Part shown: piece after piece, positions 26,471 to 40,780 of the stretch
Position numbering within the stretch: position 1 is the stretch's first letter
Layout: the number at the start of each line of letters is the position of its first letter
DNA from: Takakia lepidozioides
Taxonomy: Eukaryota > Plantae > Bryophyta
Direction of reading: 5' to 3'
DNA length: 64,000 nt
NCBI GenBank assembly: GCA_030704615.1
Contig: CM060733.1
Coordinates: forward strand, 39,680,001 to 39,744,000
The notes under the pieces: model-generated
What the model was told of the DNA's origin: nothing
Databases searched by the model: none
Seen by the model: the letters and a program-made list of their open reading frames with translations, nothing else
Position numbers and translations under genes: made by a program

Positions 26471-28663
26471 TACCTAGGCTGAAATGGCTGAAAGAACCTC
26501 CCTAACCTCTCTTTTCTTTGACCTGTGACAGGCATGACATCCATAGTGAGTGTGAAGGTGTTTAACCAGCAACAAAAGAATGTGAAATAGCCTCACCTGG
26601 CTACATCACAGCCAACCAACAAACCAACAGATTAATGATCTCCATGCTACTAAGTGCAAGAGACTAAGGGAAGCATTTTGAGCTCTTTTGGGCCTTGGAT
26701 GACTAAGGGCCACATTATGCACACCACAAACGATCGCCCAAAATGTGGTGGTGGTGTTCACTGGACTAATTTGCTCCTTTGGCTGGTGGGTACTTTTAAG
26801 CTCTGTATGTGTTGCTTGTACATACACCACCACTGTGAAATATGGTGGAATGAGCATGTAGTAACACAGAACGGAGTTGCCTTTGCATTCTGTGACCTGC
26901 CTATGGTGTGTGCATCATCTGACTGCCACTTAGAACACCCTACGCCTCATTTTGCAGTGAGGATATGACAAGGCATGGACACAACACATTGTGTTTTGTG
27001 TTTCCTTATCTAAAATTCACATGCTATGGGCGTATGTCTCTCGCTCTGTGGACATCGTAAAGTTCCCCGTCTTTCTGTTCCTTACTCTATGTGCCCTTTC
27101 TCAAAGCGCCATGTGATCAGCCACATGTGGATTGGGGGCTAGAGACAGCAGTACCGGAAGCAACATGTGTCTCTAGTTTATGATTTTCCAGCCTTCACCT
27201 CAATCCACGTAAGAAGATTACAAGGGCTGTGAAACGTCTGTGGGGTCCAGAGACCTACAGCGTAAAGTTTGCATACGCTGCTGGATGGAAATTTTTATAA
27301 GTGGCTCCAGAAGACAGATATCCCGCAGGGATGGAGTGAATGGTCAGTATCTCTCCAAACCCTTATCAATTCCTCAGTTCGAAAGGTAATTGTAGCTCTG
27401 ACCTGCTTCAGAGAGACCAAAGCAATGTATATCGCGACTGTGGTAACTATTTGACTAGGTTAAGGGGCGAGCTCATACTGCTTCCATCTCACCACTTGGA
27501 CGTGCAGCAGGATTCTGTGGGATGTGTGCAGGGGTGTCATGATTGCCATACTAACAGAAAACCCGATGAAAACAGGGTATCCTAGTGACTATGGCCGCAA
27601 GTACCTCACGCAGCACCATGGAAAGATGAGAAATTTCATGGAATAGAGAAGGAGCTCAGAGACGGAGGCCAAGAGTGTAGGAAGGGTGTCCCTTACACTC
27701 ACTCTGCTGCCCCTGAACGATACTAAATTGGGTTTAGTTTCTGCGGGATGAGTCAAGGCCCGCAGGGAACCCGGGTCGCCCACAGGCACACAGTGTAGGG
27801 ATCCAAAACAACTGCATATCCGTACCTTTCATCGGTTTCTCTGCAGACCAGGGGAACATCATGGCCTTCACGTGCGACGTTCTGGGGCCCCGCATTGCCA
27901 AGCAAGCATGCCAATTTCAGCTCCACAACCTGGTCCTTCTATTGCCGCATGACGAGAGCCCTTCCTCAGGAGAGCTCCCCTGAACGCCATGTGCCAGTGA
28001 GAGATCTGGAGTCTGTGTTGTGAACCACCACTTTTCTGAACTCTAGCACTTCTGTTTCATATAGCCTTGCCCTATGTTACCAGAGTTGTGTTGTTCTCGT
28101 GGTGTCAATAGCTCCCGGGCCTGTTCCTATATCAGTGTGTTGATCTTCCTTGTTAGCAGGTCATAAAAGCACGTTGTTCAATTCTGTTCTCTGTCAGCTT
28201 TAATTGGAAAAGACTTTGTACTTTGGTTCTCGCCTGATCTTTGCTGTGGCTGAAGCTATGGTGGCTTGGTTCTCCCTCCTGATTTCCCAGAAAAGTCCAA
28301 GATTTTCAGACTTAAGTCATAAAAGGACCAAGGAGATGCTTTGGATTGAGCAATGGTTGAACCCTCCTTGGGTGACAGTGGGACTAGCTGCCATGATACA
28401 AGGTCGATCTCAATCTGATGATGACTCTTATGTTGATGTACATCGTGGAGCTCCAGGCCGAGAACGCAATGGGTTATTGTCTCACTGATTTAAGGGTTTG
28501 TACTCAAATAGAGGGATTTGATACATTTAACTCTCACAGTAGCTGACTGCAGTAGTTTGGCAACCCTGATAATATGTAGCGAGCCTGTCCTCATGAAGTA
28601 GTATTTGCTTGTAGTATGTAGGAGTTTCAAGTATATCATGTGAGTTTGACTTTATAATGCAGG

Positions 28664-31120
28664 ATGGCAGGTTTGAATCATGCAGAGGTATTTGTGGGAC
28701 ATGAGGCCAGCAGCAGGGGTAGCACCTTCACCATCACCACTGCTTTTGAAAGAGGAACAGCAGAGGAAGTCAACGAGGGCTCTTCTGGCACTAGCAGGTA
28801 TTTAAGAACACTACGTAAGGGAGGACAACTGAAAAAGGCACTCAACATTTTGAACCAACAAGGCATTCGGGCAGACTGCAATACTTACGTCTATCTGTTG
28901 CAGGAGTGCATCAGCATGAAAGACCAAGCAGAGGGTAAGCAGGTGCACAATCACATTATCCAAAGTGGATTAAAGCCAAACATCTTTCTACTCACCACCC
29001 TAGTCAACATGTATGCCAAGTGCGGGAGTGTGATGGATGCATGGCGAGTATTTGATGAAATGCATGAACGGGATATTCTTACTTGGACAACAATGATCGC
29101 AGGGTATGCCAAGCATGGTTGTGGTAGGGAGGCCCTCAAGATCTATCAGCAAATGCAGCAGGAAGGGCTGAGGCCCAACAGGGTCACATTCATCTCCGTC
29201 CTCAATGCGTGTGCCAGCCTAGGAGCCCTGGAAAAGGCCAAGGAGGTCCATGCAGACATTATCAATACTGGAATTGTGCCAAATATCATTCTGCAGAATA
29301 TCCTTGTCCACATGTATGCCCAATGCGGGAGCCTGATGGCACGTCAAGTATTGGATGATATGTCTCAACGAAATGTGGTTTCATGGAATGCATGATCACA
29401 GGATATGCTCAAAATGAGTGCAGTAACAAGGCTTTTGAGGTGAGCAAATGCAACGGGAAGGGGTGAGGCCCAATAGGGTCACATTCATTTGTGTTCTTGA
29501 TGCATGCGCCAGCCCAGAAGCCCTGGAGAAAGGCAAGCAGGTCCATGCTGACATTATAAAAGCTGGAATTTCGTCAGATACGAATTTGGAGACAGCCCTT
29601 GCTGACATGTATGCAAAATGTAGGAGTATGAAGGATGCATGTCGAGTTTTTGACAAAATGGCTACACGAGATGTGGTCTCATGGAGTGTAATGATCGCAG
29701 GACATGCTGAGTAAGGGTTCAGTTGGGAGGCTTTTGAAATCTATGAGCAAATGCAAGGTGAAGGCATAAGGCCAAATAAGGTGACATTCATTTGCGTTCT
29801 CAATGCGTGGGTCAACCTAGGTGCCCCAGAAAAGGGCAAAGAGGTCCATGCTGACATTATCAAATCAGGAATTGTGCGAGATGTCATTTTGGAGAATACC
29901 ATTGTCGATTTGTATGCCAAATGTGGGAGCATGAAGGATGCACATGAAGTGTTCAACAAAATGTCTCAGCGAGATGTGGTCTCATGGAATGCCATTATTG
30001 CAGGATATGCTCTGCATGGGTGTGGTAGTGAAGCATTCGAGATCTATGAGCAAATGAAACGGGAAGGCGTAACACCTGACAGGGTCACATTCATTTGCAT
30101 TATCAATGCATGTGCCAGCCTAGGAGCCCTGGAGAAGGCCAAGGAGGTTCATGCTGACATCATTAAAGCTGGCATTGACTCATCTATTAATCTGGAGACT
30201 GCCCTTACCGACATGTATGCCAAATGATTGCAGGACATGGTCAGCATGGGTGTGGTAGGGAGGCTCTCCGAATCTTTGAACGAATGCTACAGGAAGGCTT
30301 GAAGCCAAATGGTGTTACGTTTACATCTCTTCTCTCTGCCTGTAGTCATGTGGGCCTAGTAGATGAAGGTCGTCACTACTTTGACTCCATGAGTCGAGAT
30401 CATGGCCTCATGCCTACAGTGGAACATTTCGGCTGCATGGTGGATCTTCTTGGTCGTGCAGGACGATTGCATGAGTCAGAGGATTTAATTAAACAAATGA
30501 CAATCAAACCAGGTGCTGCAGTGTGGAGGGCCTGACGTGGTCCCTGCAGAGTTCATGGTGATGCGGAGCTAGCGGAACATGCAGCAAAAGAGTGTCATCA
30601 AGAGTGACCCATAGCCTGCTGCAGCTTATGTGCTGCTGTCAAATATCTATGCTGCAGCTGACAGGTGGGAAGATCAAGCAAGGGTGAGAAAATAATGGAG
30701 GACAGAAGTGTCGAAAAGGAGCCAGAGGTTGCAGCTGCATTGAGGTGGACGACCAGGTGCATACCTTTGCAGTGGAAGACAAATTGCATCCACAAATTGA
30801 AGAGATCCATGCTGAGTTGAAGAGGTTGTCTTGGCGAATGAAGTAGACCAGGTATCTGCCTGGCACTCCCCTTGTATTACATGATGTGGAAAAGGTGCAA
30901 AACAAATGTCCTCTTTGCTACCAAAGTGAGACGCTTGCCATTGCTTGGGCTCATCAGCACCACCTCCTCGGACACCTTTTTGTCATCAAGAACGTGTGTG
31001 GTGACTGCCACACTGCCATCCCAGTCATCTCGAAGATTGTCGGGCGAGCAGTTGTTGTACGGGATACAAGCCCTTTCACCCACTTCCAAGATGGGTTTGT
31101 TCTTGTGGTGATTAGTGGTG
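28664..31120 (+). pseudogene. Full-length but degenerate PLS-E-DYW PPR pseudogene
   Basis: Successive PLS ORFs (28664, 29448, 29751, 30224) broken by stops and frameshifts. Eroded DYW (YQSETLAIA, NVCGDCH). Confidence 0.92.
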
Positions 31121-32011
31121 AAACAAGGAAGACGAATGAATAATAGTGTGGTGTGTCAAACATAAGGGCAGAGTTAATTTGGCATAAATGAATTGTTTCA
31201 TTAGATACTAAAGCTGGTACTGCACCTTTTGTGAGCTGCCCATACCAGGTCAAACACACTTCCTAAATATTTGAAGATGGGAAAGACTCTCTGGTGTGGT
31301 TAAGTTATCCAGTGGCCTCTTAGAATCTAACAACCAACACTGGCTGCTAAGGACATACAAATAGTTGTCAGGGATAGGATGCCGAGGATAAATCTTAGAA
31401 CGATCTTGATGAGATGACGATGGAATGAGCAACTTTCAGATTGTAGATTACATTCCAGTGAGTTGTTCTGGGTACATTGTCCACGCTCTGTGCCAATTAA
31501 AACACATTCAGCTGGGAAAAAGAGATTCCAGAGCTTCAAGCGACCTTCATCAACTTCAAATTGAGGCAATTTGTGGAAATGTGTGACTTGTGAGTCTGCC
31601 TCATGGAACCATTTGCATGCAAAGGAGCTCACCAAGAGTTGGTTTTTTATTTCCCTTGACATTTATGGTAGTTTAACGTTTATAGAGGTAACAATTATCC
31701 AAGGCAGACTGTGTCACAGCCATAATTGTCTTTATCGGATTCTCTCCCTCCAGGCAGGAAGACCAAGCTACCATGTTTGCAGACTTCTTCTAGCCTAAGC
31801 TGATCAAGAGCAGAATCACATCCAGTTCTAGCTGCAGCGCAAATTCCTGGTCTATAAATCTAGTTGTAGGAGACGAGCAAGGCATACTTACAAAAACATA
31901 AGTTTTACACAGTCTTTAACGATTCCATTAAGAGGAAAAACTTCATTAGCTAGCGTGATCTCCAAATGGATTGCATACATTCGGCGGTTGAGATCCTGGT
32001 AACAACCAGTT

Positions 32012-32020
32012 TTAGGGTTT
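32012..32020 (-). promoter_or_regulatory. Telo-box (AAACCCTAA) upstream of RPL22
   Basis: TTAGGGTTT about 90 bp before the ATG; this motif is typical of plant ribosomal-protein genes. Confidence 0.65.
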
Positions 32021-32108
32021 CGCCAATCGCTTAGGGCTTGGGAGATGGCTCTTCTGCCCTTGCTCTCTTGGCAGGTCTGACGCTGAGCTCTCTCCGATCC
32101 GCTGCGAG

Positions 32109-33017
<909 letters not shown>

Positions 33018-33904
33018 GGTTCAAACTGCTAGGAGTTGCGGTTGGCAGCTTCCACCATTTCCAAGGAGACATTACCTGTTGTGCAAGGGAACAGAATTCA
33101 TTGGTTATCAAAGATTTAGTTGATGTGAATCGAGCATCCTCTTGCTCGGGCATTTTGCTCACATTTCTCAAGGTACTTGAATATAATGTTTCTACAAAAT
33201 CAAAGCACAATCCAGGTTTCATTCGGGCACTTTTATCTAATTCTTAAGAATTCCTGCACGTTTGATGTGTTTGGGGTTGCTCAAGGTGGCTCCTTATTAT
33301 GCTCGGAGCTATGGTAATGAGGAGTTGATTGATATGGTTTCACTGAATCAGGCTGAGTTTTATTACCTCCACAGTCCTCCTGTGATCACCATACTGACCT
33401 AGTCTGTCAGCCTGCTACCTTTGATAAATGAGTTGCCTTTTGTCCCTTGAAGAACAGTGTCCTTTTGTACCATACTTGTATGCCCTCTAGAAGAATAATC
33501 TACTGATAGCAACATTACCCCAACTTTCGCTTCTCTGTGAGACACCTCCTCCATCATTCAGCTGTCGTGTAAGTGATGGAGGCATGCTCAGTGCTGTCCT
33601 GTTGTGATGCAAGCGAGGCAACTGAAGCAGGGTCCGCCCAGTCCCCCAAGACTTCACCGAGTGGCAGTTGCAAACCCTCCTTGACACTCTCATTCCCCAA
33701 ATGGTTTTTGCTGCTCGTTGTACACTCAGCCCATCCCTATGGCTGGCTCTCTTTCTAGCTGGGTCTATTAGCTCTCTCTCCAAGGTAAAGCCTCCGACAT
33801 CTCAAGCAAACAGAGGTCCTACTTCTATCCCTCCTCTTCGGTGGAGGCTGTACTGTCACAGACAAGAACAGGGATGATACTGTGTTTGCATAGCATAACT
33901 CACA

Positions 33905-34075
33905 TGGCGCAGATGGCAGTACCGTTGCTGTTGCCTGCCACGAGCCTTTCTGCTCACAAATATCAACACTGCAAACATACATGCATCTGAGCAACACTCA
34001 AATCACAGAACGATGTCGTGGTGGTAGTGATTGAATGGAGTTGAAAGCTCCACCATGAAATTGGTAGCTCAAATT
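33905..34075 (-). pseudogene. Inverted duplicate of an EXO1-like intron/exon fragment
   Basis: Reverse complement aligns with about 39630-39790 (ATTTGTGAGCAGAAAGGCTC). Confidence 0.6.
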
Positions 34076-34437
34076 CAACACGCGAGATCCAACATGGAGC
34101 ATCTCATCAGTCTCCAGCAGAGCTCCATGAACTTCACCCCTCCCTTAGAACCACGAGTAAGCCTCACATAAAGGGTGAAGCGGAAGGCGATGCGGCTGCT
34201 CCAATTCCTTGTGCGAATGGATGCTCTCGAAATTTGGAGGCTCCGTCAGAGTTGCGAAATTAGGCTAGCACTGACAGTATCAGTGAGATCAAGAAAATGG
34301 AGTAGAACCGAATGGAATATCCTTGGCAGGTGCCTTACGCCGAGACCCTCTTTTCTCTCGCTTTTGTACACTACAGAATTGAGCATGAAGAAGATCTTGC
34401 AGATGGGTTCACCACAACCTGAGGAAAGAAAGAAGCG

Positions 34438-35574
34438 ATGGAAAGTGCAGCTGGTTCGGTGAGTGGGGGGAAAGGGAACCCGAAAGGAAAGCTGCTGAAG
34501 AAACAAGCAAGGAAACGAGAGATGCCGGCCTCAAACGATGCTTCTCCACCGGTCAGTGCTTCTTCATTCAAACCAATAACGAGCATAATTGGGGTTTTAA
34601 ATTGCGCCATAGGTTGCTGATCTTACCCCGGGTTTCTTACGAGTGAATTGCTTTCGTTTTGTGTGGGGAGAAAAGAAGTATTCGCATTTCATCTTGCTTC
34701 AGGAAAAACCAAATAGAGCAGCTGAAAAGATGTGGCTTGTGGTCCAATTGTGCACATCTTTGTTGGCTTGATACAACAGTCCCCGTGATTGACCTCCTTG
34801 TTTTTATTTATGTTACTGTGGATGTCTCCTTCCTTTCTTCAAGTCTTATTCCAAATCAAGTGGATTGGGTGGTGCTCTAGGTCAATTGTCCTGTTGGTAG
34901 ACATGAGCAGCAATATGCGAAGGTATCGGGAATTGATTATGTGTGTTTCTGTGTAACAGAGACACAGAGAGATTCTTGTAGCCCCCTTTAGGTTTGCAAT
35001 GTAGTCCTCCCGTTCCCTTCGAGCATTGGCTGGCCGTTAAGTTTTGGAAGAGAGAGAGAGAGAGAGAGATTTTGGTCTCCATGGACCCCATACCCACAGG
35101 AGGAACGCCACACGGTGAACGACATGAATGCCAAATTCACATGCTTTCGATTGGTAGAGAACCTTGCAGTGTTCCAGTGCGTGCTCGAAACTGATTTCTA
35201 CATTTCGAAATTTGCAGAAGGTAAAGTATGGGAAAGTGCCACACCATCCTGTGGGGACTAATTCAGAGCAATTTCAAGCACTCACGAAAGGGCCAGCGAA
35301 AGGAAGTGTGCTTGTAGCAGTGTGGGAGCAAGAGGCAGAAAATTCAGATCTTGAGAGGTATAAGACAACACAGGTGCTCAGGGAGAAGTACAGGGCATTG
35401 GAAGAAGAGAGTTCATGGATTAGGGAAGAACTCAGGCAATCAGACTGTGAATTGAGGCAGCTCCAACAGAAAAAATATGCACTCTTGGATGAACTGCTGG
35501 TTTTGGAGGGCTTTGCCGTCGACCCTGTACCACCCTTCAAGATTATCTCTCGGTGTAATGCCTCGTCTTCCTAA
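34438..35574 (+). CDS. Small basic protein with C-terminal coiled coil (~156 aa); exons 34438-34551 and 35218-35574; possibly INO80E-like
   Basis: Phase-0 GT-AG intron joins the ORFs. C-terminus KYRALEEE..ELRQLQQKKYALLDELLVLEG..DP resembles a conserved plant family. The INO80E link is a guess. Confidence 0.7.
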
Positions 35575-38106
35575 CAGTCAGATTTGATGGCCTGGTTGTG
35601 AGGGTTTCAGGTGGTGGTATTTGTCACCTGCTGACCATTTAAAATTTGGTGAGAACCATAGGTGGGCCCTTTCCCTGCTGTCACAGCTTTTCTCTTAGTT
35701 TGACATGGAATGCTTATGGATGTCCAGCTGGCTGGCAATAGCATTGCTATAGAAGTTTTCCCTTATTTTGTTTACCACCTCTTGGCCTTTTTGATTGGGC
35801 AGTTTCAAGTTTTCAATTCTGATGTTGTGATATTGCAGACTCTCATTAAATGCTGCAATGTAAAACACTTTTTTGACTGTAACGAAGAAGGGCCACGGGC
35901 TTTATTTTCTTCAGGCTCTGGAGCACCTCGTTGAGCCGTCTTTGCATGTTATACCATCTACATGTGAGCTTTACCAGCTGTGATAAGGATTGATCAATCT
36001 CAGAAGCATGGAATGTATCCAAATCAGGTGTGATGTACACTTGGCACTGAACTGTTCAAGCAACACGGCTTTCTGATCTGTTGGGAGCTGTCCTCTGCTG
36101 ATTGTTGAGTCTCACTTAAATCACACATAATCACAGTTAGGACATATAAAGCAATGCTAGCATGGGTCTCTATAAAATCCGTCTTCCCCCACTAGATAGC
36201 ATGTAGTTGCCTTCCTTTTTTCATGTCTTTCTTTAGTTTGAGGATCCAAAGTGGTTAGAGGACCTGCATGAGGCAGTTCGTTCCTGCATAATGTCTATGC
36301 ATTTTATCTATGCTTTGGTCTCTCTAGTTCTGTGTTGTTCTACTGGCCCATGATGAATTTCTTCTTGATCTCCATATTTATTAGTCTGTGCCCCCACCTT
36401 TCTCAAACACAGCATGACAGGGAGTGCAATCACATATATAGTATTGGAGGATTGGGCAGAATGCTGTTCTCCAGCATGATGGCTGCACTAGTGTCACATT
36501 AGTACACAATGTTTGGTTGTGTGAGCACAAAGAGTTGCCATACCTTGTAGACTCAGCCCAAACTGGTAGAAACCCCTGGTGGGTGCTTTCAAGTGCCTTT
36601 AAGATATTCCTCTCATCCAACCCTCAGAGTGACCGACTGGCTCCATTGTGGCCACAACAATGTGTGTCAGGGCAGTGGTAACCACCCATCCCACTTCCAA
36701 GTGACCCCACAATACTTGCAGCTCATTGGATTTTTCTGATATGTGCAAGCACTGTCATACATTCACACTCTAGCATAAACATGGAGGCCATTTCCTCCAA
36801 ACAGGGGGAATGAGAAAGACTGAGAGGTTAGGCTCCAAAGAGCTGTAAAGCTGAATGTGATTTTCACCCATTGATTAACTTGTTGTAGCCTGTGATGGCA
36901 ATCCAAAACTCGGTACATTACCTACAGAGTCACCAGCACATTACAATGCTAAGGTCTCCAATGAATTCAACATATGATAATCTCTAATCTAGAATGTTTT
37001 CCCTGTTGGAGGTTGACTGAAAGTATTTCCGGATGCCGAGTTCAGGCACAATCTTTTCTCTTAGAGGTTTCTAGGTAACTATTTGCCTTACATTTCTAGG
37101 CTTCAGCAAGCTTGATCACACATCCCTAATTATGTAGTTGATGTGCCACAACCACCAACATGAAAGATCTGCTGACAAGCAAATCCCATCCCAGTGTACA
37201 CAACACATGACCTTGATGTCCCAAGAATGCTATATTGCTCTAAAAGCAACTGGTGCTAGGGTGCTTGAAGGTAATTTTAGCATCCATTTGGTCAACAGTT
37301 CAGAACAAGCTTTGTGGGTGCACTCTTTTCCAGACACTCACAGTGCAGTGGAGGGGTGTTGCTTCTTTTCTGCTGGTTTCTAAGTTCGCCTTACAGATCC
37401 ACAAGCAATTCCAAAGGGGTTAGTGTGCCGCCAGTGCTATGCCCTCAGTTTGGTCAATGTAGACATCCATATCTTTCAAATCCCATATGCTCTTCAGAGT
37501 ACGCAGCTTCCAGATTAATAACAAAATCATCACCATGGGTGCCACTCTTAAAGTGTAGTGTTGACTGTCACATTAGCTTCCCAGTGGTGGCAGAGAAAGG
37601 ATTCCTTATGCTCTCCCTCAACTCTCAGCGACACCATTGAACATTCTGTTGTGGTGTATAGGGAATTGTATAGTGATGAATACTACCATTTTCAGTACAA
37701 AATGTTTTGAATTCACTCAGATAAATGTTCACCACTGTTATCGTAAAATTTCGATTTTCTTATTAGTTTTATTTTGCTGTCAGTGCTTTATATGTCTTGA
37801 AAGTATGCAAAGCTTCTGATTTTTTCTTAAGAAGGTTGACAATGGTGTACCTGCTGTAATCATCAATAAACGCCGTAAAATATGTGGCAGGACCTCTTGA
37901 TTGAGTTTGCATGGATCAGAGTGTACAAGGTATAAAAGGGCAGATGTCTTTTTACCTTCCTTAGGAAACTTATGCCGTTTTTGTTTGCCATGAATACAGC
38001 CTTGACGTAATGGAAATTCATATAAGGGAGTCGGATCAAACCGTGGACAGCTTGATTAGTCTGCATAAGCCCGAGCTTCGATGAATTGGCATGACCAGAC
38101 CTTTGA

Positions 38107-38833
38107 TGTATCTTACCGTAATTCCAACATGGTATCAGAGCAAGGACAGGAAGTACACATAGATTTTCTTCATCTCATTAATTGCTGAATTATCAATATT
38201 GGATTTGCTGACTGTATGTAAAACAAGAGGCTATGAATTAAAAACAAATGCGATTGAATAGCTGATTTATCACTGGTACCAAGCTTGTACAATCCATCAT
38301 GATGAGGATCAATACGAGTAATATAAGCACTACCATTGCCTTCCAAACTTACCGACATATTGGTGAATTTAACGGTAGACCCAGTAGCAACATTGCGTAC
38401 TGAAATTAGAATCCGACTCAGACCTAGAACATGGAGTGTTTTGTATATCATTTTCACGTTCCCATTTTATAAACACGGATGCCTTGACCATGAATACTGG
38501 CATGAGAGGAATTGTCTCCAAGAAATATGTTGTCTCTTCAGAAATATGATTCATAACTAATAAACCAATCTCGATGAGGGGTGATTATTCCATGTGGAGA
38601 AATTAGATCCATCTAATTCCTCGATGTTATTGGTCTGATCTGCCATTGCTAGGACCCTGCAATATTAATCTATGCAATACAATCATTAGACTTGCGAAAA
38701 TCTGCTTTATACATTTTATTTTCATTGATTTTCTGGGCTCTCTACAAAAGAGACTCGTTTTTAATGAGACGAAGAAAATCTGTGTACTTCTTATCCTTGC
38801 TCTCATACCATGTTAGAATTATGATTAGATACA
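38107..38833 (-). mobile_element. Ty1/copia relic bounded by inverted LTR-end/PBS motifs
   Basis: TLHVLGLSRILISV..VKF..GLYKL resembles the copia protease/pre-integrase linker. CA-TGGTATCAGAGC at 38128-38141 and an inverted copy at 38799-38812. Confidence 0.6.
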
Positions 38834-39719
38834 CTCAGTGATATAAGCATAAGACTATGCATTAGAAGGAGCTCTCCTCCCAACCTTAGAAGTCACTCAC
38901 ACATCAACTGCTTTGCGGTTACATGAAAGGTCCATTGAATCGTAACTACGGGTAACTTCACTTCACTAACTATTTGCTTTCATAGACTTACTAACCTACA
39001 TTGGATTTACTAATCCTTTTAACATTGATCATGCTCTCAGGTTTAATATATGTGAAGCTATGAGTGTGCAGCTGAGTGACGATGGCTTGACCAGGCTACA
39101 ACCACCAAAGCATCACAAGGGTCGAACAATACATTCAGGACTGAATTACGAAAGCTTGAACCACTTCGAAGCGGGGAAGCTATGCTTGTGATATATTCCA
39201 TCCTGAGACAAAACCAGGTGGACTATTTTCCTCAAAACACGCTCACGTTCTTCAGCAGCCTTGCATCCTCGCACTTGGTGTTCATCGACCATATAATGCC
39301 GGTAATTTACGCTGTGATGGATCAAGGGTCAGCGTCGCCTGTTTGCATACAACCTTGGGACCCAACAGAATAAGGAGAGAGTCGCATGGTTATACCTTTG
39401 TATAATTTCCCTGGAGGCTGGGGAGATGAGATAGCCAACTCTTGCAAGCATCTCGGGCTCAGCATTGCCACTCCAAAGCCTGACCCAGTAGCCTGCTTTA
39501 TGATGTGTGGCCTCCCGCCCGTCGGCTGCAAGTAGAAAACACAAGCCTTGGCATGGCCTCTTTTGTGAGAGCATGCGATTAGCAGGCTTTGCTGGAGACT
39601 GAGATGCTCCACGTGAAATCATTTTGGTTGTTGAGCTACCAATTTCATGTCAAGGTCATTACACTCCATCATTTCACTATTACAACAACGTTTTGTAATT
39701 TGAATGTTGCTGGTTTGTA

Positions 39720-40780
39720 CAGCATATGCTTGCAGCATGGAGATTTGTGAGCAGAAAGGCTCATGTCGTCAGGCGACATCTATGGTATCCCCCTATTCCA
39801 TGCACCGTGTCAACCTGCTGCGGTTCAATGGTCTGTTGTTGTCTTTGATGGTGGCTACCTTCGCATGAAAGCTTCCACAGAACATAAGTGCCGCAGGTAG
39901 GACCTTTGCTTGAGATGTGGCTAAACCTTGGAGGGACAGCTGCTATCCTGGATTACCTTTTATTCTCACTTTATCAGCAAAACAGTTTCCAAGCTTGGGC
40001 CAAGAATTGTAGATTGAAATCGGTAGATCGTTAGTAGTCAGTACCTTTGTAAGCATCAACGATCATGTAAGCTTGTCTAAGATTGGCTGGAGTGGCAGGA
40101 GATGAGAAATGAATCTTGAGCAAGCACGCTTCAAGCTGTCCCAAGGTGACATTGATGGTTCTAATGAACTCTTTCAGGTATGTTACTGTCTTGTTTCAGC
40201 CAAAGCAGTACATTACATTTCAGATTTGAGTACTGGTACCTAATTGCAAGATGCTAGTGAAGCCACTGTCTTGTTAAATACTGAGGGCGGTTGATACTTC
40301 ACCAGCTATGGCCAATGAGCTTATTAAGGTGGCATCTTCACCTTCTTCTGATGTACTTACCATATTCCAACATAGTCCTACTTTAGGAGTGTAGCCTATT
40401 TTTGTAGCTGAAGTTGTTAGCTGCTCATAGCTCTTTTCCATAGCATCTAACTTGGATGTGTAATTTGCCTTAGAACCAATGTGAAAGAGCTCTGAGAAAC
40501 TGCATGTATCAAACCAATGGATATGCATCTTACCGCTGACGCAAACTCCTCATACATATATTTAAATTCTTGAAAGAATGTGAACCATTGGGTGTACTAA
40601 CCTCTGCTGATGGATTCTACTACTTCTATCCAGGTACTGAGAGCAGGAGTGGAGTTTGTAGTAGCACCATATGAGGCAGATGCACAACTAGCAGGGCTGG
40701 CCAAGTTGGATCCCCTCATGGGGGTTGTGTCTGCTGTCATCACTGAAGAGAGTGATCTTCTTGCCTATGGCTGTCCTGTG
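39720..40780 (+). pseudogene. EXO1: Exonuclease 1 (XPG/FEN1 family) pseudogene exons
   Basis: Exon relics [71 protein letters not shown]. Frame disruptions; EDSD changed to EESD. Confidence 0.8.

Noticed and set aside
26500-28500. Short ORFs between the PPR pseudogenes (also 14.2-17 kb, 36-38 kb, 45-46.8 kb)
   Set aside because: No recognisable motifs or consistent splice structure.
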